Notes: a model not told the origin generated them from the letters alone. A stretch of 64,000 nt of DNA from Candidatus Hydrogenedens sp. (GCA_016125095.1 WGMK01000022.1:37897-101896), one strand, 5' to 3'; numbered from the stretch's first letter, positions 44,480 through 53,413 are shown. Made by a program: numbers and translations.

Positions 44480-44892
44480 TTCAAGCCTCCAAACCGTTCT
44501 TCCCATCGGTCGATATGGTTCCGGTCGTCCGCGCTGGCGCGCTCTGGCCGGAAGCTGTACAGGATGAAACGGTCATTTAGATACACGGCGTAAATCAAGT
44601 GCTCCGGAAAGGGCTCGGCGATCACGCCCTCGCGCACATAGTATCGCTTCGGTCTGCCTACGAAACACCAGAAACCATAGTTCATATGCCGCACACCGCA
44701 ATAAATGTTCAGCGGATTGTCGAGCACCTCTTTTACACACCGGAGATTCTCGTACTCGACGGAATTATGCTGATACACACGCCGCACCAGATCCGCCGGG
44801 ATGGTGACTTCCACCACGGATTCCGGATTCAGCGGGTCTATCGTTTCACATGCGAAGTTCCGAGTCACGAATCTCTCTGTCCTTCCTGCCAT
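44455..44892 (-). CDS. hypothetical protein, candidate toxin (RelE/BECR-like layout is speculative)
   Basis: 145-aa ORF in the A/T-richer cassette. No strong SD. Pattern VYQHNSVEYENLRCVKEVLDNPLNIY ... LIYAVYLNDRFILYSFRPE. Confidence 0.55.
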   Translation of the reverse strand: MAGRTERFVTRNFACETIDPLNPESVVEVTIPADLVRRVYQHNSVEYENLRCVKEVLDNPLNIYCGVRHMNYGFWCFVGRPKRYYVREGVIAEPFPEHLIYAVYLNDRFILYSFRPERASADDRNHIDRWEERFGGLKWTANPIS

Positions 44893-44969
44893 TGTAGCAT
44901 TCTGCGCTGATTTGGCAAGAATTCATTTCTGAATGACCCGGAGAGATTAATTGCGCGGAGATATCGTGG

Positions 44970-44997
44970 CTACCGCAGCCGTTCGCTGAGGGCGGCG
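44970..44997 (+). repeat. direct repeat copy 2 (right boundary of inserted cassette)
   Basis: See copy 1. On the minus strand it encodes the udk C-terminus AALSERLR plus the stop codon. Confidence 0.9.
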
Positions 44998-45566
44998 GCT
45001 TCGGCCGCGAAATCGGCGTCGCCGGAGATGACATGCTCGGCTTCGGCCTTTGAAGGCACGACAAATTCCATGGCGAGCGGCGCGGTCTGGGTTTTGAACT
45101 GGCGCACCACTTCAGCGGCCGCGCGGCCGCGTTCGGTGGTATCCCGCTCCAGGCGGCGCTTGAGGCACAGGGTCTGCGGCGCCTCGATGTAGACCTTGAA
45201 GTCGAGCAGCGAGCGCAACGCCGGCTGCCAGAGCACGTGCAATCCTTCCACGATGACCACCGGCACCGGCGCGATTGGGATGGTCTCCGGGGTGCGGCTG
45301 TGCGTGGCGAAATCGTAGACGGGAATCTCGACCGTGGCGCCCGATTGCAGCGACATGAAGTTCTCGAAGAAGCGCGACCAGTCGATGGCATCGGGATGGT
45401 CGAAGTTCAGGGCGGCGCGGCGCTCGGCATCCATGTCGGCGCGGTCGCGGTAGAACGCGTCCAGCGGAATGACCGCGGCGTCGGCGCCCAGCGCCTCTGC
45501 CAGCAATCGCGCGAAGGTGCTTTTGCCTGCGCCCGAGGGTCCTGCGATTCCGACCATCAGGGGCAT
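44970..45566 (-). CDS. udk: uridine kinase
   Basis: VGIAGPSGAGKSTFARLL P-loop. 198 aa. Confidence 0.85.
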   Translation of the reverse strand: MPLMVGIAGPSGAGKSTFARLLAEALGADAAVIPLDAFYRDRADMDAERRAALNFDHPDAIDWSRFFENFMSLQSGATVEIPVYDFATHSRTPETIPIAPVPVVIVEGLHVLWQPALRSLLDFKVYIEAPQTLCLKRRLERDTTERGRAAAEVVRQFKTQTAPLAMEFVVPSKAEAEHVISGDADFAAEAAALSERLR

Positions 45567-45576
45567 CGGTGGTTCC

Positions 45577-46164
45577 TCAGTGCGAGAGCAGCGCCTGCTC
45601 GAGCAGCGCGGTAACTTCCGGCGAATGCGGCAGCTTCATCGCCTCGATATGCCCCTGCTCCGTCATCTTCGCCCAGGTCTTCTGGATAATCCGCAGCGCC
45701 TTGCGGTCTTTCTGCGTGGTGATGAATTCATCCAGCTGATACTGCATGAACACCAGGCAGGCGCAGTCCTCGAGAAACTGCACGTCGCGGTTGGTGGCGA
45801 GGCAGCGCTTGTGCAGCAGGAAATTCACCTGGTACTGCGCGTCCTCGTCCCAGCCCAGCTCCTGCATGATCTCGAGGGTCTTCTCGGCGTGGTGGTCGTA
45901 CAGCCGCGTGCGCCAGTCGAGGTAGCCCTTGCGGTTGGCCGGAAAGGAATCGCGGGGGATTTCCCAGCGGCGGATATGCTGCGCACGCGCGGCAATCTGC
46001 AGCTCGGGGCCGGGCTCCGGGTTCAGCTTGTGCAGCCATTCGCTCATGCGCCAGCCATAGAGCAGCGCTGCGGGATGTTCCTCGCCGTCGCGCAGTTCCT
46101 TGTTGGGGTCTTCGCTGTTGGCGGCGTCGATGCGCTCGAAAGTTCGCTTGAGGCGTTCGTCCAC
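45577..46164 (-). CDS. DUF4202-like protein
   Basis: 195 aa. Conserved-looking IAARAQHIRRWEIPR and LEDCACLVF segments recalled from DUF4202. Confidence 0.65.
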   Translation of the reverse strand: MDERLKRTFERIDAANSEDPNKELRDGEEHPAALLYGWRMSEWLHKLNPEPGPELQIAARAQHIRRWEIPRDSFPANRKGYLDWRTRLYDHHAEKTLEIMQELGWDEDAQYQVNFLLHKRCLATNRDVQFLEDCACLVFMQYQLDEFITTQKDRKALRIIQKTWAKMTEQGHIEAMKLPHSPEVTALLEQALLSH

Positions 46165-46222
46165 GGGGGATCCTTTGCTCGGGTTCAGGTGCCCGGATCA
46201 TAGCATTCCGGGCGGCGCCGCA

Positions 46223-46957
46223 TCACATGCCCAGGCCGCCGTCCACGCAGAGTACCTGGCCGGTCACGTAGGCGGCGTCGGGGCTGGCCAGAAAGAGCGC
46301 CGCGCCTGCCACGTCTTCCACCGTGCCCGTGCGCTTCAGCGGAATGCGCTCGAGCACCGCGCCGCGCTGGTCGTCGGTCAGCACGGCGGTCATGTCGGTG
46401 TCGATCAGGCCGGGCGCGATGGCGTTCACAGTGATGCCGCGGCTGGCCACTTCCTGCGCGTAGGCCTTCGTAAAGCCGATGATGCCCGCCTTCGCCGCAC
46501 TGTAATTGGTCTGGCCGCCCTGGCCGTGCACGCCCACAATGCTCGTGAGGTTGATGACCCGGCCCTCGCGCGCCTTGAGCATAGCGCGCGATGCCGCCCG
46601 GCACACATAGAACGCCCCGGTCAGATTGGTCTGGAGCACGGCGTCCCAGTCGCCGTCCTTCATCCGCATCATCAGGCCGTCTTTGGTGATGCCGGCATTG
46701 TTGACCAGCGCATACACGCCGCCCAGCTGTTCCGTCACCGCCGCCAGCAGACCATCTACAGATGCCGGGTCCGACACATCGCAGGCGAAGCCGTGCGCGT
46801 TCGGGCCGATTTCCGCCGCCACCCGCTGCGCGGTTTCTGCGTCGCGCCCGCAGAGGGCCACTGCGGCGCCCTCTTTCGCGAATCTCTCGGCAATCGCGCG
46901 GCCAATGCCGCGCGTGCCGCCCGTGATCAATGCCGTCTTGCCTGCCAATACCGCCAT
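46223..46957 (-). CDS. fabG: 3-oxoacyl-[ACP] reductase
   Basis: ITGGTRGIGRAIA (TGxxxGIG), NAG, YSAAKAG catalytic motif. Start MAVLAGKTAL. Confidence 0.85.
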   Translation of the reverse strand: MAVLAGKTALITGGTRGIGRAIAERFAKEGAAVALCGRDAETAQRVAAEIGPNAHGFACDVSDPASVDGLLAAVTEQLGGVYALVNNAGITKDGLMMRMKDGDWDAVLQTNLTGAFYVCRAASRAMLKAREGRVINLTSIVGVHGQGGQTNYSAAKAGIIGFTKAYAQEVASRGITVNAIAPGLIDTDMTAVLTDDQRGAVLERIPLKRTGTVEDVAGAALFLASPDAAYVTGQVLCVDGGLGM

Positions 46958-47026
46958 GCCCGGTTCTCCTTTGAAAGCTTCCGGCGCGTAGTGTACCAAG
47001 CGCGGCGCGTGGAAGGGCAGACGCGT

Positions 47027-48388
47027 TTAGTCCGAGGCCGCGCGCAGGGCCTCTTCGGTACAGACCACGATGCGCACGGGCACGCGGAAGGCGGCTTCGA
47101 GTGTGTTAACCAGGTCGAGGCGGAGCGGATCGGTCATCGCGACCAGCAGTGCGTCCTTGTCGAGCCGGAGCGGCAAGCATCCGTTTTCGAGCAGTTGCCC
47201 GCGTTCCGGAATGCTGAGCGCGGGGTCCGGCCGAAGCCGGTCCCCTTCGACGAACTCGAGCTTGAGCTGCCGTCCGAGCGTGCGGGCAATCTGCCGTTCC
47301 GTCGCCAGGTCGAGTTCCACCAGCAACTCGCCCAGGCGCTTGCGGGGTTCCTCCAGCTGGGCCTGCAGGGCGCGGTGCAGTTCGTCCTCGGTCAGCAGGC
47401 CGGCCTCGAGCAGCAGGGCGCCCAGGCGCGAGCGCGCCGCGAGGCCCTCGGGCTGGGGCAGCACCACCGTCTCCACTTCCTCGGTCGCCGGGTTCGCCCA
47501 GGCACCTTCCATCGTGGGCGGTTCTTCCGGCCATTCCGGCGCGGTGGCGGCCAGGGCCTCGGCGAAGGCCATGCACGAATCGAAGCGGCTGCCCGGGGTC
47601 TTGCGGAGCGCGCGCTCGAACACGGCCTCGAGCGCGGGGCCGTAGCCGCGCAGCGGCGGCGCGGGGGTCAGCTGGATCTGCGACACCACCGAGCCCTCGT
47701 AAAACGGCGGATGCCCGGCGAGCAATTCATACAGCGTGCTGGCGAGGCTGTATTGATCGCTGCCCGCCTCGATGCCCACGCCGCGGATCTGTTCCGGGCT
47801 CATGTAGCGCGGCGTGCCGCTTGTCTGGCCGGCGGCGTCGCGGGTGAACTCATCCAGCGCGCTGGCAATACCGAAGTCGGCAAGCGAGACCTCGGCGCGC
47901 GGCCCGAGCAGCACATTGCCCGGTTTGACGTCGCGGTGCAGCACACCGTGCTCGTGGGCATAGTCGAGCGCGCTCGCCAGCTGGCGGCCCCATTCGGCCA
48001 CCTGCCGCGGCTGGAACGGCCGCTGGCGCTCCTTCAGGGCCTGCGCCAGCGTGTGGCCCTCAATGTATTCCATGGTGATGAAGTAACGGCCGCCGTCTTC
48101 CCAGAACGTGTACACCTGCCGGATGTGGGGGTGGCGCAGGCGCCGGGTGACGATCACTTCGCGTTTCATGTCGCTGATGGCGGAGGGGTGGCGCGCCCAT
48201 TCCGGCAGCAACACCTTGCAGCACACCGGCTCGTCGTCCAAGTGGCGATCGCCCGCGAGCCACACCTGCCCGGCGCCGCCCGAATCAAGTAGTTCGCGCA
48301 ATGCATAGCGGCCGGCCAGCAGGCTGCCGGGGGCGAGTTCCCCGCCAGCGGGTGTCACGAAAGCGTCCCCAAGGTCGTTCCCTCTCAT
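47027..48388 (-). CDS. Ser/Thr protein kinase fused to a T2SSE_N/MshEN-type domain
   Basis: GGAGQVW, CKVL, HRDVKPGNVLL, DFGIA, SGTPRYMSPEQ. The C-terminus has two RLGxxLL...Q motifs. Confidence 0.85.
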   Translation of the reverse strand: MRGNDLGDAFVTPAGGELAPGSLLAGRYALRELLDSGGAGQVWLAGDRHLDDEPVCCKVLLPEWARHPSAISDMKREVIVTRRLRHPHIRQVYTFWEDGGRYFITMEYIEGHTLAQALKERQRPFQPRQVAEWGRQLASALDYAHEHGVLHRDVKPGNVLLGPRAEVSLADFGIASALDEFTRDAAGQTSGTPRYMSPEQIRGVGIEAGSDQYSLASTLYELLAGHPPFYEGSVVSQIQLTPAPPLRGYGPALEAVFERALRKTPGSRFDSCMAFAEALAATAPEWPEEPPTMEGAWANPATEEVETVVLPQPEGLAARSRLGALLLEAGLLTEDELHRALQAQLEEPRKRLGELLVELDLATERQIARTLGRQLKLEFVEGDRLRPDPALSIPERGQLLENGCLPLRLDKDALLVAMTDPLRLDLVNTLEAAFRVPVRIVVCTEEALRAASD

Positions 48389-48457
48389 CGGGCGGCAGTG
48401 TAACAGCCTCCGCCGCGCTGGGGCCACACCAAACTCGAATACCCGGAAAACAAGGGC

Positions 48458-48484
48458 TTTACATTTTGCGGTAGATGGTATACT
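48458..48484 (+). promoter_or_regulatory. extended -10 promoter candidate
   Basis: TTTACA (48458-48463), 15-nt spacer ending in TGG, TATACT (48479-48484). Confidence 0.3.
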
Positions 48485-48573
48485 TTAAGCGTGACGAAGG
48501 AACGGCGAAGCAAGGGATTGCGGTCCGTGATGAGGGTCTCAGGGCCGCCGACGTTCCGGGGAGGCAGAAGAGA

Positions 48574-48765
48574 ATGGGCAGGTACGGAATACCGGATAAC
48601 CCATCGCTGGAAACCCAGTCGTGGGTCCGGCGCTGGTGGCTCGAGTCAGTCTGCGGCTACCAGGTGCTGGAGGTGAAGCGCAGACCGCGCGCAGGATGGT
48701 TCGGCAAGCTGGCGTACGATGAGTCGTATGTGATGCTGCCGAAGAGCGTCGAACAGATCCACTAG
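48574..48765 (+). CDS. small hypothetical protein (63 aa)
   Basis: ATG preceded by GGAGG 9 nt upstream. GC-rich third positions. No family. Confidence 0.35.
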   Translation: MGRYGIPDNPSLETQSWVRRWWLESVCGYQVLEVKRRPRAGWFGKLAYDESYVMLPKSVEQIH

Positions 48766-48777
48766 GCAGGGGAAGGC

Positions 48778-49863
48778 CTAGTCGAACAGCCCGAGCGCCC
48801 GGCCGAGCGGGGCATTCTGGTAGAACCGCGGCATCACGATTTCGATGTCGCGCGTGACCATTTGCCGCGTGACGAAGAGCACCGAGGCGGGGTGCTGGTA
48901 AACCAGATCCTTGAGGTACTGCCACCAGTCGCCGGGTTCGATGCTGCGTCCGAGCAGCTTCGCGGGCACTTCCTTCGGGTCGACCCCGAGTTCCTGCAGC
49001 GCGATTTCCTCGCGCAGCTTGGCGCCCTGTTCCTGCTTCTGGTCGGCGATGCCCTTCATCTTCTCGCCGATATCGCGCACAATTTCGCAAGCCTCGCGGT
49101 AGCGCTTCACGAATTCGTCCCACTGCGGATCACGCTGCCGCACGTACTCGGCGATAAAGTTCACCAGCACATCGGCGGGCTTTTCGCGCAGGCGCGCGGC
49201 CAATTCCGGATCGAGCAGCAGGTAGTTCAGTGCCGCGGGAATCTGCCTTTCCGGCGGCAGCAGCGCGATGCTGTCCTCGGGCCGCTTGGGGTAAATGGCG
49301 TGCAGCATGAGCGCGCGGCTCTGGTAGTTCGGCACCAGCGGCATGGGTTCGGGGAAGGCCGCGTAGTCGTAGCTCAGCCCCGTGGCGATGCGGAAGCCGC
49401 GCACCGCCGTGTTCAGGTCGCCCTGGTCGAGTGCGGCCTCGGCCTGCGCGGCGTACTCTTCGCGCATCCGCTCGCGAATGCGCAGCATCTCGTAGGCCTG
49501 CGCCGCCACGGTGAACTTCTCCAGGCGCACGGCGTTGTCCGCCAGCGCCATGACCACGTCGGCATGCAGCTGCGCGGGACGCTTGGCCTTCAGCTGCGTC
49601 ACGTGGTGCTGCTGAATCTCCGGGCGCGATACCAGCGCCAGGGCCTGGTCGTAGGCCCCGCCGCGGTCCGCATCCGAAGGTCGCAGGTAAGCGTACTTGG
49701 CGGTATCGAGCACCTCCGGCGACTCGTCGCGCAGGGGTGAATTGGGCGTGAAGGCGAACTTGAGGTTCACCATGTCGCCCTGGGCCACGGCCTTGGCCAG
49801 GCAGGCGTCGATATCGGCCTGGCCTACCGGGCGCTTGGTCTCGGTCTTCTTCTTGCCGAACAC
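48778..49863 (-). CDS. hypothetical protein (361 aa)
   Basis: Clean ORF 3 nt downstream of the J-like gene. Helical composition with no recognised motif. Confidence 0.65.
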   Translation of the reverse strand: MFGKKKTETKRPVGQADIDACLAKAVAQGDMVNLKFAFTPNSPLRDESPEVLDTAKYAYLRPSDADRGGAYDQALALVSRPEIQQHHVTQLKAKRPAQLHADVVMALADNAVRLEKFTVAAQAYEMLRIRERMREEYAAQAEAALDQGDLNTAVRGFRIATGLSYDYAAFPEPMPLVPNYQSRALMLHAIYPKRPEDSIALLPPERQIPAALNYLLLDPELAARLREKPADVLVNFIAEYVRQRDPQWDEFVKRYREACEIVRDIGEKMKGIADQKQEQGAKLREEIALQELGVDPKEVPAKLLGRSIEPGDWWQYLKDLVYQHPASVLFVTRQMVTRDIEIVMPRFYQNAPLGRALGLFD

Positions 49864-49866
49864 GGC

Positions 49867-50445
49867 TTATCCTTTCGCGGCGAGCGTGCTGGCAACGACG
49901 CGCGCGCGTTCATCCCAATTGATCGTCGGGGGGGTGATCTCGTAGTACGGCAGCCGCTCGTGGATTTTCTGGTAGAGGCGCTGCCGGTGGTGGCGCAGCA
50001 CGCGGCTGGCGTGGCGCTCGTGGCTGGGATCCCAGTGGCTGTTTTCCACGCATTCCTTGTCGCGGCCGGCCTCGAGCACATACTCTTCCATGTAGGCCGC
50101 CAGGAAGTGCTTGAGCGCGCCCTCGTATTGCCGGCGGAGGTTGTCGGATTTCTCCGAGCCGGATTCCACGGCCGCGCGCCATTCTTCTTCCAGCGCAATT
50201 GTCCCGGCGCGGTCGGACTCGTATTTCTGCCGGCGCTCTTCGTCGCGCAGGATATAGAAGGCCGCGTTCATCTCCGCAATCTGCAGCAGGTAGGCCTCCT
50301 GCTTCGCGGGGGTCAAGGCTGTCGAGGCAATTTCGTTCACCAGCGCCTTCATGCGCTTGCGATAGTGGTTCTTCACCTCGCCGGGGTTCGCCGAGGCGTC
50401 GAGGCCGAGTGTGGCGAAGTAGTCGATATAGCCGTCGTCCGTCAT
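49867..50445 (-). CDS. J-domain-like protein lacking the HPD motif
   Basis: DYFATLGLDASANPGEVKNHYRKRMKALVNEIAS aligns with J-domain helices I-II, but HPD is replaced. 192 aa. Confidence 0.65.
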   Translation of the reverse strand: MTDDGYIDYFATLGLDASANPGEVKNHYRKRMKALVNEIASTALTPAKQEAYLLQIAEMNAAFYILRDEERRQKYESDRAGTIALEEEWRAAVESGSEKSDNLRRQYEGALKHFLAAYMEEYVLEAGRDKECVENSHWDPSHERHASRVLRHHRQRLYQKIHERLPYYEITPPTINWDERARVVASTLAAKG

Positions 50446-50532
50446 CGGGATGGTGCTCCTTGAAGCTGGGCATTGTACTGACCGGCGGCGCGCGCGCTCA
50501 AGGCCGCTCCCGGAAAATGGTATACTGCGCGG

Positions 50533-52302
50533 ATGGAATACGGCTCGCCGACATTCAGGCGGTTCCTCCGCTACGCCCGCCCCTACCTCCTCATTATCGT
50601 GGGGTCGATTGTGTGCGGCGTGCTCAAATTCGGCCTGGCGCTGCTGCTGCCCTATTGCCTCGCCTACCTCACCGACAACGTGATTCTCGCGGAAATCGAT
50701 GACGCCGAGCGCATTCGCCGGCTTTGGAACGTGACCCTCGTGCTCGGCGCCGGCTTCGCCCTGCGGCTGCCCGTGGCCTACTACCGCACCTATTTCGCCG
50801 AGCTGGCGGGTAACCGCACGATCTTCGATATCCGCGAAAAGCTCTACGCGCACCTGCAGCGGCTGAGCCTGGAACACCACCAGAAACAGCGCACCGGCAC
50901 CACCACCTCGCGCGTCATCAACGACATCAACCAGGCGCAGGACATCCTCGACCGCGGGGTGATGTCGGTCGGCGTGGACTTCCTCTTTCTCAGCGGTGCG
51001 GTGACGTTTCTCTTCTACCAGAACTGGCAGCTGGCGCTGGTGAGTCTGTTCACCCTGCCGCTTTACGCCTTCACCTTCGGCTTGTTGAACCCCAAGATGC
51101 GCGCCCGGGCGCGGCTCGTGCAGCAGCAGATGTCGGAACTTTCCGGCGAGGTGAACGAAAAGCTGTCGGGCCAGCCCGTGGTGATGGCCTTCGTACGGGA
51201 GACTTCCGAGCGCCGCCGCTTTTTCGCGCACCACCGCGCATACTTCGACCGGGTGATGGACCGCGTGCGGATTCAGGTGTGGCTCATCGCGCTGGGCGAA
51301 TTCTTCACGCTCGTCGGCCCCACCATCGTGCTCTGCTACGGTACCTACCTCGTGATGGAGAAGGTGATTCCGCCCGGCGAACTGCTGCTGTTCTACGGGT
51401 TCCTTTCGCACCTCTATCTGCCCATGCGCCGCCTGGCCGACGCGAGTGCGGCACTGCAGACGCAGCTCGCCTCGATGGACCGCGTGTTCGCCCTGCTCGA
51501 TGTCGACCCCGACATTCAGGATGCCCCCGGCGCGGGCAAGCTGCAGGTGACCGACGCCCGCATCGAATTCGACGACGTGCGTTTCCACTACCGCGAGGGC
51601 GCGCCCGTGCTCAACGGCATTTCGTTTACCGCCGAGCCGGGGCAGTCGGTCGCCATTGTCGGGCGGAGCGGCGCGGGCAAAAGCACGCTCATCAAGCTGG
51701 TGCCCCGCTTCTATGACCTGCAGGGCGGGGCCATCCGCATCGACGGCCAGGACGTGCGCGAGGTGACCCAGCGCTCGCTCCGCACCAGCATCGGCATGGT
51801 CATGCAGGACGCCATCCTCTTCAACATGTCCGTGCGCGATAACATACTCTACGGCCGCCAGGGCGCCACCGAGGACGACATGATGCTCGCCGCGCGCATG
51901 GCGCATGTGGACGAGTTCGTGCGCGAACTGCCCGAGGGCTACGACACCATCATCGGCGAGCGCGGCGTGACGCTCAGCGGCGGCCAGAAGCAGCGCGTGA
52001 GCATCGCCCGCGCTTTCCTGCGCGACCCGAAAATACTCATCCTCGACGAGGCCACCTCCAACCTCGATTCGCATGCCGAGGCCATCATCCAGGAGGCGCT
52101 CGAGCGGCTCATGCAGGGCCGCACCACGCTCGTCATCGCGCACCGCCTGTCCACCATCATCGACTGCGACAAGGTGGTGGTGCTCGACGACGGCCGGCTC
52201 GTGCAGGAAGGCACCCACGACAGCCTCCTCGCCCAGCCCGGTCCCTACCGCGCCCTCTGCGAAGAACAATTCGGCGCCGTGCACATCGAGGAAATCGCGT
52301 AA
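50533..52302 (+). CDS. ABC exporter, fused permease/ATPase (MsbA-like)
   Basis: Six-TM N-terminal half. GRSGAGKSTL, LSGGQKQRVSIARA, ILILDEATS. Confidence 0.9.
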   Translation: MEYGSPTFRRFLRYARPYLLIIVGSIVCGVLKFGLALLLPYCLAYLTDNVILAEIDDAERIRRLWNVTLVLGAGFALRLPVAYYRTYFAELAGNRTIFDIREKLYAHLQRLSLEHHQKQRTGTTTSRVINDINQAQDILDRGVMSVGVDFLFLSGAVTFLFYQNWQLALVSLFTLPLYAFTFGLLNPKMRARARLVQQQMSELSGEVNEKLSGQPVVMAFVRETSERRRFFAHHRAYFDRVMDRVRIQVWLIALGEFFTLVGPTIVLCYGTYLVMEKVIPPGELLLFYGFLSHLYLPMRRLADASAALQTQLASMDRVFALLDVDPDIQDAPGAGKLQVTDARIEFDDVRFHYREGAPVLNGISFTAEPGQSVAIVGRSGAGKSTLIKLVPRFYDLQGGAIRIDGQDVREVTQRSLRTSIGMVMQDAILFNMSVRDNILYGRQGATEDDMMLAARMAHVDEFVRELPEGYDTIIGERGVTLSGGQKQRVSIARAFLRDPKILILDEATSNLDSHAEAIIQEALERLMQGRTTLVIAHRLSTIIDCDKVVVLDDGRLVQEGTHDSLLAQPGPYRALCEEQFGAVHIEEIA

Positions 52303-52321
52303 GGCGGAAGCGGGGCTCTCC

Positions 52322-52536
52322 ATGCGGTTTGCCGCCTTGGAGTGCGAAAGGCTTGCTTGCGCTTTAACCGAGGGAGCTTGCTCCCGGCGCCGGCCGCAAC
52401 GTCTCGCACCGGCACAGGCGCTCTCACGACGCGATGGTCTTACGATGGCGTAAAGCGCGACGGCGCGTGCCGGGAGCAAGCTCCCTTAACGAAAGCGGCG
52501 GCAAGTCCGCCGCACTCCAAAGCGGCTGCGCCGCAT
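52322..52536. repeat. palindromic repeat element, copy A (~70-bp inverted arms)
   Basis: Left arm ATGCGGTTTGCCGCCTTGGAGTGCG...GGGAGCTTGCTCCCGG. The right arm is its imperfect reverse complement, ...CCGGGAGCAAGCTCCC...CGCACTCCAAAGCGGCTGCGCCGCAT. Confidence 0.8.
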
Positions 52537-52540
52537 ACGC

Positions 52541-53341
<801 letters not shown>

Positions 53342-53413
53342 GGCGGTGTTTCCTGTACGGACAGCCGCCTACGATACCGGCGCGTGCGGCGGCCGGGCAA
53401 ATCCGCGTATCCT

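Larger units (their letters stand above)
44035..44997 (-). mobile_element. inserted two-gene cassette bounded by direct repeats (no recombinase inside)
   Basis: The interior is visibly A/T-richer than the flanks. The repeats duplicate the stop-codon-containing ends of the esterase (+) and udk (-) genes. Confidence 0.55.

Noticed and set aside
52372-52385. GGGAGCTTGCTCCC resembling a 16S rRNA helix (GAAGCTTGCTTC-type) and hence a possible rRNA fragment
   Set aside because: Only a 12-14-nt resemblance. The surrounding sequence is a palindromic repeat with no further rRNA similarity.
49867-52479. 870-aa ORF on the minus strand
   Set aside because: Only its last 192 codons (49867-50445, the J-like protein) look genuine. 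The rest is antisense to an ABC exporter with unmistakable Walker A, signature and Walker B motifs. It is Arg/Ala/Gly/His-rich with no motifs, a typical high-GC antisense artefact.
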